Source of the DNA: Octopus vulgaris
Lineage: Eukaryota
DNA length: 64,000 nucleotides
NCBI GenBank assembly: GCA_951406725.2
Contig: OX597816.1
Location: 95,542,001 to 95,606,000, forward strand
Reading direction: 5' to 3'
Shown here piece after piece: positions 1 to 12,403 of the stretch (position 1 is its first letter; the number at the start of each line of letters is the position of its first letter). The notes beneath the pieces are model-generated. The model was given only the letters and a program-made list of their open reading frames with translations, was not told the DNA's origin and did not search any database. A program made the position numbers and the translations under genes.

Positions 1-707
1 TGCCCCATAAGCATAGCATTTTTGTTCTTTGTTATCTCGCTTTTCTGGTGTACAATTGTGGTATACATACTATAACTGTTCTCCTTTGTTGTTTTCTTTG
101 CTTTGTTCCTGTTTATTTTACATGATTTTATTGTTTCGTCCCTTTGTTGCGCAGAGTAAGTGCAATATGAGATGAGTTATTATGCTTAAAGTGTATTTGA
201 TTAATTGTTTCTATGGGGACTTTTTATGATCTTCATTATTATTTGGTATTTTAGTACTTCTTTTCATATCCTTTCCTTTTTGGCCTTAATACCTTACATT
301 TTATTATGTAGTAGGCTCTGTAATATTTCCTATTGTCTTTTGAGGGCATATTTTTCGTATTGCTTTTTTTCTTCGCTGGAGGCTTATGTGTTTTGCGTGT
401 AGGGCTTCTGTTGTAGCATTCGCCATGCTATATGATATATCTTTCTGTTTTATTTTATTTTCAATATGAATTCTTTCTATTGGGTATTTTATTTATTTCT
501 TCCTTTTTTTTTATCTAATTTTACTTTTATTATAATTTTCTTCATATATTTTTTCATTCGTGTTTCTCTCAATAAGTTCGACGTCTTTTATAGTGATTTA
601 TTTTTGTGTTTGATAGGGTATTGATACGTAATAGGAATGTAGAAATTTTGTCGTCATTGTTATCATCATCATCGTCGTCGTCGTCGTCTTCGTCGTTGTC
701 ATCATCT

Positions 708-740
<33 letters not shown>

Positions 741-960
741 TCGTCGTCTTCGTCGTTGTCATCATCTTCGTCGACATCGATAGCACTTTGAACAAAATGC
801 GTAGCGGCGGTTCTTTCGGCTCTTTAAATTCTGTGTCCAAATACTACTGGGGTGAACTTCACCTTTCATCTGTCGGATCGTTGAAATAAATATCGGACGA
901 ATACTAGTGTCTATGTAATCGAATAACCTCCTCCCACTAAAGTTGCTGGCCTTTTGACGT

Positions 961-1519
961 AATTATTATTATTTTGATTTGGCTCAGATTCGTTCTTGTT
1001 CCTGGTAGGAATAATGTGGATAGCGTGTTACTACCTGTAACTTTAAGTAGACACAAGTTCTCAGCAGTCTTTCAATTGCTTAGAACCCTCCTGATAATCC
1101 ATGCTGTCCCCAAGAGCCACACTCACTATAGGAGCTCTACCGGACATTCTTTTCCAGTCTCCTTCAGCCACTTGTCTATATTTTGGTTTACTGTTCCCAA
1201 CGAACCAATTACCTTTACAGTTCGAATGCTTCAAATTCTTCATCTTTACGATCCTAGAATCAAACGAGCATGAGGAGTCGATCAGTAAGAAACTTCGCTT
1301 TTCCTTATATATAATCTTTATGCCTGGTCGATTATTTTCTAATTTTTTGTCCCTTTGAATACGAAAGTCCCACAAGATCTTACATTTCTCCGACTCCAGT
1401 ACTCTTTCGGCTCGACGACTGTACCATGTGTTTCCAGTTTCAAAACTCTGGCGCAGTTTCCAGTGTAAAACGTTTACGGCCTGGTCATGCCTCCATTTCT
1501 TAAATTTTTCCTCTGCCAA
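961..1519 (-). mobile_element. 3' fragment of R4/Dong-type non-LTR retrotransposon (restriction-like endonuclease domain), decayed
   Basis: Minus ORF has RHD..V..LHW, KILWDF.IQ.D and NRP(D)I motifs. An alternate frame ends LLGTAWIIRRVLS*, followed by a 3' UTR and a short (TAA)n tail at ~961-973. Confidence 0.85.
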
Positions 1520-1648
1520 CTTGGGGCATTCTGTGTGCTACTGTCTCGTTCCAAGTTCCACAGGCACTAATATTTTTCTCACACATTCTTTCCATGTGTA
1601 TATTTTTTCTCAAGTTGTTTCTTTTTTATCACTTGATATTATTATCAT

Positions 1649-1802
1649 TCTTCTTCTTCTTCTTCTTCTTCTTCTTCTTCTTCTTCTTCTTCTTCTTCTT
1701 CTTCTTCTTCTTCTTCTTCTTCTTCTTCTTCTTTTTCTTCTTCGTCTTCTTTTTCTTCTCCTTCTTCTTCTTCTTCTTCTTTCACGTCTTCTTCTTCTTC
1801 TT

Positions 1803-1833
<31 letters not shown>

Positions 1834-1872
1834 TTATTATTATTATTATTAGTAGTAGTAGTAGTAGTAGTA
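1649..1872. repeat. Compound microsatellite (CTT)n-(ATT)n-(AGT)n
   Basis: Direct reading. Confidence 0.97.
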
Positions 1873-2783
1873 GCTTCCTTTCAAATTTTATGTAAGCTCC
1901 TACACAAACTGCTAACTATCCTTGTCAAGTCCACCTCATTATATGACCCTGTCACAATTAAAAGAAAGAAAAAATAATAATCCTTTTTACAATAGCTACC
2001 TTCACTTTTTAAGTGTGATTCCTTATATATTCATTTCAAATTTATTCTATCTCTAAATTCTTCCTCAACACATAAACATTTTTCAACATTGCAAAATCTT
2101 CTCTATGCTGCGTAGTAGTAGCGGTAGTAACAGATGAGATGAAGATGAATCTTATTTCACTACTAGATTGCTAACCAGATATCACTGGCCTATCCTGCGG
2201 GAAAAAATGCCAATCAACTGCGGCTAAAACCAAGCCAAAGAGTCGTCTCACTGTGTCTCTCAGCATGTCAGCACGAACAATCATGACAATGAAAACAACA
2301 AAAGCAAACACCAAAACAACAGACACAACTAAACTAACGCATTTCTGTCATTTCTATCACCACCAACAGCTGTATTGAAAACAATAACGGTTGCAACAAG
2401 AAAACAAGAAAGACGAGATTGAAAACACCAGCAGCACGAGTAACTACAACGACAACGATGATAGCAACATCACTACACTGAATTCAAAACAATTTCAAAA
2501 TCACGCTTGTTTACTACAGTATTGAAAACTTGAATTTATATATTTTTGGAGGACAGCACAACTTCAACTTGTGGTACCGATGCTGCTTTGCCAGGATGAA
2601 TATCATAGTACTTATTTGGGAATAGAAAAAAAATAAGGACACTAATCTACGAATGTACCATCAGGAATAGTAGAAAGGTCGAAAACTCAACAACAGTACA
2701 CGCTGATAGATGCTTTAAGGAGATATGTGGATCAGTATGACGTCCAAGGAAAAGAAAACAATTTGAAGCAGTAGAAGTTTTCT

Positions 2784-3201
2784 TATTTCTTTATTTCCCA
2801 CAAGGGGCTAAACATAGAGGGGACAAACAAGGACAGACAAAGGGATTAAGTCGATTACATCGACCCCAGTGCGTAACTGGTACTTAATTTATCGTCCCCG
2901 TAAGGAGGAAAGGCAAAGTCAACCTCGACAGAAAGTGAACTCAGAACTTAACGGCAGATGAAATACCTATTTCTTTACTATCCACAAGGGGCTAATCACA
3001 GAGAGGACAAACTAGGACACACAAACGGATTAAATCGATTATATCGACCCCAGTGCGTAACTGGTACTTATTTAATCGACTCCGAAAGGATGAAAGACAA
3101 AGTCGACCTCGGCGGAATTTGAACTCGGAGCGTAACGGCAGATGAAATACCGCTAAGCATTTCGCCCGGCGTGCTAACGTTTCTGCCAGCTCGCCGCTTT
3201 A
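2784..3201 (-). mobile_element. Dimeric tRNA-derived SINE with 14-bp target-site duplication
   Basis: Head GCGGCGAGCTGGCAGAAACGTTAGCACGCCGGGCG and two copies of the central GTCGACTTTGCCTTTCATCCTTTCGG..GATAAATTAAGTACCAG block (resembles the Meta/Sauria-type SINE domain). TSD agtagaagttttct at 2770-2783 and 3202-3215. Confidence 0.9.
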
Positions 3202-3299
3202 AGTAGAAGTTTTCTGCTTTAACGAAGAAATACCAACGGATACTCGCTCATCCGAGCAATATGTCCTCTTATCCTCCTATTTAGGAAAACGTTTATGTA

Positions 3300-4930
3300 A
3301 GTTGGCACTGGAAATAAACGACAACGTAAGGTGACACTAGAAATAAACGTCAACCGCTTCAGAGTGATCCTGAAGGAGAACTGTAAGATTGTGAATATGA
3401 GATTTACCTCACACCAAAAGTGGGCTGAAATAACTGTTGAGATTTAGATGCGGCTCATTCCAGAAAATTTACTAAAAATCACTGAAATCATATACAGGAG
3501 GATTCGGGATTCTATAAGAATTGTTGTAGAAGGCAGGGATGTGCTCAGGTGTTACTCATGTGGGAGCACGGAACACTACAAGGTGTTATGCCGCCGTGTA
3601 ATAGCCAAAGCCACAGCATCAACATCTCCAATACCAGTATCAGGAACTGCAGAAAAGTGCACAGACACCTACACACATTCACACAAAATCCAGTCACGTC
3701 TTTCTCCGCGGAATAACCCTCAAATAGCGAAGAAAAGTCGGAGGAACACAGGAAATGGCAAGTGGTCAACAGAAAGGCGCCAAAATCAATGGCAAAATGC
3801 CATAACACCCCCCCCCATCTCCAAATAGACGCAACAATCCACGACACTCTACGTTATAATACACTAGCGCAAGCACCGAAACAACACGATGAACAACAAA
3901 AAACAAGCCACAATGCAATTATTACAACAACCAAACATGCCTGTTTGGCCCCTACAAGAAGAAAAAAATCACTGGCTCAAGAACAAGCACAACGAAACAC
4001 TCAACTAGAAAATAGGAGCTTCACTGTGATAAACAAAAACAGCAACGGATTGAGGTACTACATAGAAAAACAGCACAAAGACGAAATAACAACAGAAAGA
4101 AAAAGTTTGAAAAATTGATTCTAGAAGCACCTAAAAGCAGAGAATTAATAAAAAGCCAAATGTATTACTATCTTCTAGACACCTTCCCACGGAGTGTTGG
4201 GGTGTTTAGAAAGTCGGTTAGCAAAACTTTATTACCAGAGCCTTTCAAGAATCACGCGCCTCAAAAGAAGACGGACTATCCACAACTCGCAATGACGTAG
4301 GTGAGTTTCCTCTCCTTCTTTTGTCCCTAATAAATATAGTGTAACTCAGAATACGATGTATTTGGTCTGGTGGTCACCTGAGGCGTAAGAACTGTGTAGG
4401 GTTAACCCATTGAAGGGGATGAAACATCTCGAAAACCTGGTCATATGTTTCCAACTGTCTGACACGTACCCAGCAAATTTCCAGAATGTACTCTGAGGAA
4501 TTTAAACAACTACGATGGGTCGTCCAGATCTACAGAGATAAAATATTCGCTAGGGTAGCAGAAAGAGATGTTTTAGAGTATTCGCAATTTAAAGTGGTCA
4601 GATACACATGTCAAAGTTGGGATCTGTACAGGCGCCTTAGATAGGATTAATAGATAGGGACACGACTGTTAGGAAGTTGAACGCGTCTTTTCCAACGCAA
4701 AAGGACTATAGAGACTAGATTAGCGAAGTAGTGAAGCGGAATTTTCAAGTGCAATATTCAACATGCGATGAGAAACTCTGAAGAGGGCAGTTAAATACTA
4801 GTCAACAGCATTTCGTAAAGAGCAAGTTGTCGACAGTAGAGGAAGAGCTGGTTAGTAAACTAAAACAGCCAATTAGAAATGGCATCGCAACTATTGTGTT
4901 AGTGACGAGAATTGCCCTCAACAACTTCTT
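3300..4930 (+). mobile_element. Decayed L1/Tx1-like LINE: ORF1 zinc knuckle plus remnants of APE endonuclease
   Basis: IRIVVEGR..RCYSCGSTEHYKVLC is a CX2CX4HX4C knuckle in ORF 3448-3828. Frameshifted endonuclease-like remnants (GSSRS) lie near 4500-4600. Confidence 0.6.
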
Positions 4931-5079
4931 TCAAAACAAATAAAGCTGTGTTTTCAAGGCTAGAGCTCGTGCTCTAACCATAACAACGCAAGAATGAAAC
5001 AGGTGACATGAAAAAAGTTCACATCAATTATACACTGGTCTTGTGGTGTCCCCTCCTCTATGTCCATGATAAAAGAAAT

Positions 5080-5755
5080 CATGATCATGATCTTCACCAT
5101 AATTATTATCATTATCATTATCTCTTTATCACAAGTTTTGTTGGAGCTCCTGACGTTTTGCAAGCGTAGCGGGCTTTCTGCCTGCAGCCTACGGTAACAT
5201 ATTATTCAGCCTTTTCAGTTGTCTAGTACTTTACTGATTATTCTGGACTTGGAAAGGGCGAGTTCAACTATGCAAACTATTCCAATTTCCTTCATATTCC
5301 TCCTGATGACTTCTGATACTGTTCCTAAGGACCGAAAAATAATTGGCACTATGTTAACCTTCATTTTCCATAGCCGGGCTATTTCGTACTTAAGAGGTTT
5401 GTATCTATCTTTTCGCCTCCCTTCTTGAAATTTCGTGGGTCAAAGGGAGATACAACGTCAAATATATAGCATATGTGGTGCACTTTGTCCACCACCACAA
5501 GGACCGTTCTGTTATACTCTAGCAGCTGATGTGTTTGGATTGGAAAATCCTAGAGGATTTTGCTAGTCTCCAACACTGCTACTCTCTGCAGTTTATGCTC
5601 ATACCACGTCTTGCCTCTCTCTAGCTCCCACTTTACGCACAGTTTCCAATATAGCACGTTCGCTACCTGGTCGTGTTGCTACAACTTGTAATGGTTTGGG
5701 GAATTCGTTCGTAATATATGCAATGCATTCATTCAGTCTATTGCAGATGCGGCAT
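5080..5755 (-). mobile_element. 3' fragment of R4/Dong-type LINE (RLE domain)
   Basis: Manual translation across frameshifts: KIL*DFPIQTHQLLEYNRTVLVVVDK..FDP...YKPLKYEIARLWKMKVNIVPIIF.SLGTV...RIISKVLD. Ends in a TAA/TGA-rich tail. Confidence 0.8.
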
Positions 5756-5811
<56 letters not shown>

Positions 5812-6450
5812 TATTATTGTTGTTGTTGTTATTATTTCCTTTGCATAGCTTCTAGCGCTGGAAATGTACTACAGTGTCAGCTGTTCAATACCAGTGTACT
5901 AAGGTAACACCTCTTAACTTTTCGAGCACCTTCTAGAGTATTCGATCGGTTCCAAGCAGTGCTGTTTTCTGCAAGTGTTCCACTCTTATTGCAGCCTCTT
6001 TTTGTTCCACGTACTTCTCGAGATTTTTGCTCACTCTTCAAGCCTAACACACCACAATTTCTCAGTCCGAACTTCATTTTGATATCAGCTCTGAAAGTAT
6101 ACACCGCATCAACGAGGGAACTGACTTGGGATTTATCTTTACCATAAAGTTTAAGGTCATTCATGAATAACATGGTTGAATTTTTGTTAGCGGCTTTTGA
6201 ATACATACACAGCTTTAGCTTTCCTCAGAATCACTATTTTCGTCCATGGGATTGCTCAGGTAGTAACACTCCATGACCACAGCATTGATTTTGTTCCAGC
6301 TACGCCGTGTATGATGGTCCCTTAGTGGATAACGACAGGCTTGATTCGAACCAGTATCACTGAGCTTGCCTGGTGCAACACTGTCATCATCAAGGACTTC
6401 AGTCTCGTTACCACCGTTATTCACAATATTTTGCTTTTTCATTGCCACTC
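5812..6450 (-). mobile_element. Internally deleted R4/Dong-type element (N-terminus + RT motif + C-terminus + 3' UTR)
   Basis: RRSWNKINAVVMECYYLSNP (N-terminal, 6215-6448), LFMNDLKLYGK...IKMKFGLRNC (RT catalytic motif region, 6040-6170) and KTALLGTDRIL*KVLEK (C-terminal end, ~5915-5970), then 3' UTR and TAA/CAA tail. Confidence 0.8.
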
Positions 6451-6659
6451 ATATGAGGTAGCGATTATCAGGTTGTGCAATTACCAGTGTATTTTTTGTA
6501 ACACCATCACTAGATGTATCATCAATCAGGACATGGGGAGATTCTAACCGCTTCCTTTCATTAATATTATGCGTGACTGTGCGCGCTTGTTTATACATTA
6601 CTTAATGTTATGTTGAAATAATAAAATGTGTTGTAATGAAATAGTTTACGTACTTCCAT

Positions 6660-6880
6660 GCTGGATATAGTCCAGTATGTACGTACTCGGATATAGTCCA
6701 GCACTATTAATGAGTATTACTTACTCGGGTGTAGTCCAGCACTTTGTCAGTGTGGCGAGCTTGTTTACACGGGTTGTGCAAGTGACGAAGGAAATACACA
6801 GTTAAAATACAACGTTTAATTCGGAAAGGAGAAATAAATATTAATGAGTATTACTTACTCGGATATAGTCCAACACTGTC
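6660..6880. repeat. Dispersed quasi-palindromic GGATATAGTCC motif x4 within a probable non-autonomous DNA transposon
   Basis: Motif at ~6663, 6689, 6727 and 6861. A 38-bp direct repeat at 6705-6743 and 6839-6877. Confidence 0.5.
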
Positions 6881-6985
6881 ATTTATTTTAGGCTCCATTT
6901 GTTGTCTTTATTTCCGAAGTTTTTGGATAGATTTCGGATCAGTGTTTTATCGCTCTCACATGTTAAACGTCCTTGGTGTTCTTGC

Positions 6986-7057
<72 letters not shown>

Positions 7058-7445
7058 AGCGGTGAGCTGGCAGAATCGTTATCACGCCGGGCAAAATGCT
7101 TAGCGCCATTTCGTTCTAATTCCGTCGAGGTTGACTTTGCATTTCATCCTTTCGGAATAGATAAATTAAGTACCAGTTAAGTGCTAGGGTCTTGTAATCG
7201 ACAACCTCTCCCCACTCCGAAATTTCAGGTTTTGTGCCTATAGTAGAAAAGATTATTATTTGGCGACGGTATGGCAAAATGCTTAGTAGCATTTTGTCCG
7301 TCTTTACGTTTTGAGTTCAAATTCCGCCGAGGTCGACATACCTTTCATCCGTTTGGAGTGTATGTAATAAATACCAGTTGAGCACTGGGGTCGATGTAAT
7401 CGACTTATCTTCTTCCCCAGTATTGCTGGCCTTGTGTCAAAATCG
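7058..7445 (+). mobile_element. Two tandem tRNA-derived SINE copies (same family as 2784-3201) after (ATT)n
   Basis: GCGGTGAGCTGGCAGAATCGTT head and the central TTTCATCCTTTCGG..AAGTACCAG block, present twice. Confidence 0.85.
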
Positions 7446-8145
7446 TCATTCTTCGGGGTTTTTATTCATGTGTTTACATTTACCGGCTCGCGCAAGTGCA
7501 CGTGCGCTTTCTGCTTTGGTTTTGTATTTATATTTTTTCCTGCATAATATACATAGTGTTAAATCTGTGTAGTGTCTGCAAGAACGACTTTCTGATTGTT
7601 GCGTATATTTGCAAAAACCTATGATTTGTTTATTTATATGTAAATAGTTGTCAAACATCAAATTATTGGAATTGTTTCTCTTTATAATACACACATTCTG
7701 GTATATTTATAATTTCCAGTTTTTTTTTTATGCTTGAATATTTTCGCTTTTCCGTTTGTAAATATATTTTCGTCTGTTAGGATTGATACTTAGATTAAAA
7801 ATACTATTTTTTCCTGATGATCTTTAATAACAATATACAAAAGAATACACCAAAAGAATAATAAAAACCTTTAGTTTTCAAATTGGCATATTCCAGAGAG
7901 TGGTCATTTTATATTTAATCCTGACATTTTCGTGTTCGTGATATTGTTAGCTATTTTCTGGTGGTATTTCATAACACTGATTTAATTTCTAGCGTACGAA
8001 GGCCATAAATCTGTCATGCCAGTAGATGTCGTCGCTCTTAGCTAAGACCGGGTAACCATAGACAGCTTAGTTAAATATAACTTATCACCTCTTGATACCA
8101 CGCTTCAAACAGTGCTGAAATTTTCTATTTCCACACAGTTTAGTT

Positions 8146-8224
<79 letters not shown>

Positions 8225-8681
8225 CCTTCTTTCTTTCTTTCTTTCTTTCTTTCCTTCCTTCCTTCTTTCTTTCTTTCTTTCTTTTTTGTTTTTCTCTTTT
8301 TCTCTCATTGTTTCTTTCACACCTAAGGACCTTTCTTCTCATCATTTCAACATTTAACTAAATTTTAAGCTTAGGTTTTTAACTTTTTCACAATTTCTTT
8401 TGCTGTTTCTCTGATAAGTTTTGTAGCCTTCTTTGAAAGCAGAATCAGTTTTTCATTATTATGTATTAAACACTATGAGATATGTTATAATAGTCTTCTG
8501 GTTGCAGAATCCTCCTAGCTCTTTATTCGTAGCATGTATATTTCTGTGGCATATTTAGTGATGTATAGTCTAAATGCAGTTATTGTTCTTGATTTTCTCT
8601 CAATATTGGTTTCATCATAGTGAATCCAGTGTAAGATAACGGAATTATATTTAGTACCAGTTAATTTAGCTTTCTACTTAC

Positions 8682-8785
8682 TCCGGATGGTGCTCGAAAA
8701 ATAAGGGGTGTTACCTCAGTTAACTGGTATTGAACAACTGGCACCGTTGTACATCTCCAGGGTTAGAAGCTGTGCAATGACAATA

Positions 8786-8856
<71 letters not shown>

Positions 8857-9056
8857 TAATAATAATAATAATAATAACAATAATAATAATAATAATAATA
8901 ACAATAATAATAATAATAATAATAGTAATAATAATATTCATAATATTAATAATAATAATAATATTAATAATAATAATAATATGAATAATATTATTAATAA
9001 TAATAATTATGATACTAATAATAATAATAATTATGATAATAATAATAATAATGATG

Positions 9057-9127
<71 letters not shown>

Positions 9128-9128
9128 T
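8682..9128 (+). mobile_element. 5'-truncated R4/Dong 3' end with long (TAA)n tail
   Basis: LRMVLEK* is followed by a 3' UTR (ggtgttacc...ctggtattgaaca...agaagctgtgcaa) matching the reverse complement of 5835-5920, then ~340 bp of (TAA)n. Confidence 0.8.
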
Positions 9129-9189
9129 TACTTTTTTACTACTATAGTTTCACAATTATTACTATACTTATTTTATTACAATAAGGCCT

Positions 9190-9537
9190 ATTTTATTACC
9201 ATAATACCACAGATTTGCTTGTCAGTTGTTTGACCTTAACTAGTTGAGCATGTCCCTTAGTGGCTGACGATATGTGCATCTCTGATCATGAGGTGAAGTA
9301 GTGGGAGGAGCATCATAGCCGTGTGTTGAAAGGAATTCTTAAAGGTTTGGATAATTCAGCTTTGGAAAAATGAGTGGTTCGATCAACACCCTTAAACAAT
9401 CCTTATTCAGGGACCTTTTCAACGGAAAGGGCTACTCGACCAGAAGAAAATTCTAACTGGGCCCCACCTTGAAGCTCATGCGCTCTTTATCTTGATATGA
9501 GATCACCATGTCACGCACATATGGTTGTGATGCATGT
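9190..9537 (+). mobile_element. Partial copy of the ~550-bp (TAA)n-associated non-coding element
   Basis: Aligns by eye to 63355-63690 (cacagatttgcttgtcagttgtttgaccttaac...gagatcaccatgtc.cgcacatatggttgtgatgcatg). Confidence 0.9.
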
Positions 9538-9844
9538 ATTATTTTATCATCGTTCTTGTCTAACGACCTTCGATGATCGTTTTTGTTCTCAACTTTGACC
9601 GTTCAAAGATTTTATTTTGGAACTAATGGGAGCAACTGTCTTCGAAGACTCGTATTGCCATTCAATGCTCGAAATGAGGAGTGGATAGACATCTGACAAC
9701 TGATGAAGGGTCGTTCTTTATGCTACTTGTCCTCTTTTCCATTTGTTTCTCTCGTTGTTTGCGTATTGAACTCATTTGTTTTCGCATTCTATTTTCACTG
9801 TTGGGGACTGCCTGTACCCATATATGCATATATGCATGTGTATG

Positions 9845-9897
<53 letters not shown>

Positions 9898-9905
<8 letters not shown>

Positions 9906-10490
9906 ATGAGGGTGTCTAAAAGACACCAACATGCCGAAATAGCAGTCGAAACTCTGACTATAAAACCACGTTAAATGTTCATATCGCACCATGAGGTAAA
10001 GCGGAGGGACAAAACACACAAGCAAAAATTATTGAATAATTCAAGATCCAAGGATTTCTGGTTCTGCTTTAGATAAGCTTTACCGTCATCAATTGAATAT
10101 ATCAAGGGTACATAAATACAGATATATATATGCACAGCAAACGATATACTTACATATACGAGCGTCGTACATACATACATATGCACGTATGGACACAGCC
10201 AGTCTGAATCGCCCGCCAAATCACCGCATAAGTACGATATGGTTAAAATAAGCACCGCAGTGAATATAATAACGAATTATATAAATTTATATATGAGGAT
10301 AATATCGATATTTAACTGTCGAAATTATCAAGTGGCCAGCATGAAAGAAATACCTTACAAAGGTAAAAAAATGTTTAACAATTAAAAATGAGGGTGTCTA
10401 AAAGACACCAACATGCCGAAATAGCAGTCGAAACTCTGACTATAAAACCACGTTAAATGTTCATATCGCACCATGGATCCTTGGATCTTT
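9898..10490 (-). mobile_element. Non-autonomous PLE-related / retrozyme-like element, 482-nt unit with 96-bp perfect terminal redundancy
   Basis: 9898-9993 is identical to 10380-10475. It abuts (TA)n and has an internal HHR motif at 10039-10098. Confidence 0.7.
10039..10098 (-). ncRNA. Type I hammerhead ribozyme motif (C3U variant)
   Basis: Minus strand: AUUCAA-UUGAUGA-CGGU..19nt..ACCA-GAAA-UCC-UU-GGA-UC|UUGAAU. It has a perfect 6-bp helix I and an AUC cleavage triplet. Confidence 0.7.
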
Positions 10491-10678
10491 AATTTTAAGT
10501 GAAACTACACTAGCATGGTGATCTCACCCACTGTGGGGCGGTTATCTGTCCTGTCATTGCATAGACATGTGCCTTTTTTGCGGCTCAAAGGATTTTAACA
10601 CTCATTTCTAGCAATGTAGGTGCTAAGTTGCACCATCAGTCAAAATTAGTAACAATTGAATACACACACGCACGCACG

Positions 10679-10710
<32 letters not shown>

Positions 10711-11271
10711 CACATACACACAAACACACACACACACACATATATAGTTAATGGAGAAATACATAGAGATAGTAAATGGTGCAGGTAATCTAGGCACAAA
10801 ATATCTTGCATTTACTATTCAGTAGTATCCTATTAGCGAAGAGTATGATGTTGGATTCACTGGTGTCATATTCCTTGAAATAAAATATATAAATTTCTTT
10901 CTTCCAGTTATTACTTTAATTATAGTTAAGAACAGTATGCTAAAAAAAAAAACAGTTTCTGCTATTATATGAAGACTGTGTAAATGATGTGTCAACTATG
11001 TTGGTATAAAAAGAAGTGAGATTAATGTGACAGTTGATTGAGATATTATATTACTGTTCAACTCTATACAGTACAAGTTCAACTAAGCATAAATATGCCT
11101 AAAACTGCAAACAGTGAATGCAATATATAATTGGAAGATGATTCAATATGTTTCCTTGACTATTTCAAATCATCATAAAGAAACGTCTTTAAGAAAGCTG
11201 AAGTCTTTCAGTCGGCCATCTGGTCCAGATTCGTTCATTAACTCTTCAAAGGCTCTGAACAAATCTATATA

Positions 11272-12403
11272 CGAGGGGCGTTCAATAAGTAATGACCTTG
11301 ACACACTTCCCATAGCAGTAGAGCAACGAAACTTGGCATAGTTATTAGTCTTTTTCTACATAGGAATCACCCAGAGTTACGCATTTCTCCCATTGTTTGA
11401 TGCAGCTCTGGAGAGTAGGGGATGGGGGAGGAGTTCATAGCCGCACGCCTATGCTTCTGATCTGGCGACACGCGAGTTGTGGACCGGAGCATTGTCTTGC
11501 AGGAGGTGGATGCCTTTGCTGATCTTGCCCCGCCTCTTGATTTTGATAGCTTCTCTTAATTTCCTCAAAAGTGAAGCATAATAGGCTCCTGTAATTGTGG
11601 TATCCTTTGCTAGGAAATCTGTCATCACTACTCCGTCCTGGTCCCAGAAGACTGTGAGCATGACCTTGCCAGTGGAGGGCTGCACCCTTGCCTTCTTTGG
11701 AGGAGGTGAGTCACGGTGCTTCCACTGCATTGACTGGGCTTTGGTCTCTGGATCATAGTGATGGACCCAGGTTTCATCCTGTGTAATCAGTCTTTTGAAA
11801 AATTTTGACTCATCTTCTTGGCACATCTCCAAATTCATCCTCCAGCACTCGACGCGTTCTTGCTTCTGGAAAAGTGTGAGCAACCTGGGAATCCATCTGG
11901 CAGACACCTTTTGCATATGCAAATGGTCATGAATGATAGTTTCCACAGATCCGGTACTAATCTTGACCTCAGGGGCTATTAGGCGAATAGTTATGCGTCG
12001 ATCTTCCAAAATGGCAGCCTCAACTTGATGGACAGATGCCTCATCAATGGCAGAAGGGGGCGACCAGATCTGGGAGCTGTTTCCACAGAGTTACGACCAT
12101 GTTTGAATTCATGATGCCAGCGTTTTACAAGGTCATGTGATTGGGCATCATCACCATAAGTTACTTTCATTTCATCAAAAGTCTCCCGTGGTGTGTGTCC
12201 TTTCAAATACAAAAACCGGATCACTGCTCGACACTCAACAGGCTCCATTTCACACTTGACTCAGTTCAAACACCTGTAAATCAGAAACCACAATTAATTC
12301 AGAGCTGTAATTTGCCACTTAATCTATAGAAATATAAATAATTGCACATGCAGATCAAACAACTGCAAGTGGGTCAGAGGCATTACTTATTGAGCGTCCC
12401 TCA
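11272..12403 (-). mobile_element. Mariner DNA transposon (Hsmar2/irritans-like), defective
   Basis: TIRs CGAGGGGCGTTCAATAAGTAATG and CATTACTTATTGAGCGTCCCTCA, TA duplication on both sides, transposase inside. Confidence 0.95.
11345..12248 (-). pseudogene. Mariner transposase pseudogene
   Basis: HTH region (RAVIRFL..PRSGRP), WIPRLL, ITQDETWVHHYDPE and LLQDNAPVH. Frameshift at ~12000-12060, a stop at 11449, and a deletion after the YSP motif that removes the third catalytic Asp. Confidence 0.92.

Noticed and set aside
7700-8680. Possible PLE N-terminal region on the minus strand
   Set aside because: Only one weak peptide hint (DFMAFVR), which is not enough to call.
9700-9730. CTGATGA as an HHR core
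   Set aside because: No downstream helix II/GAAA.
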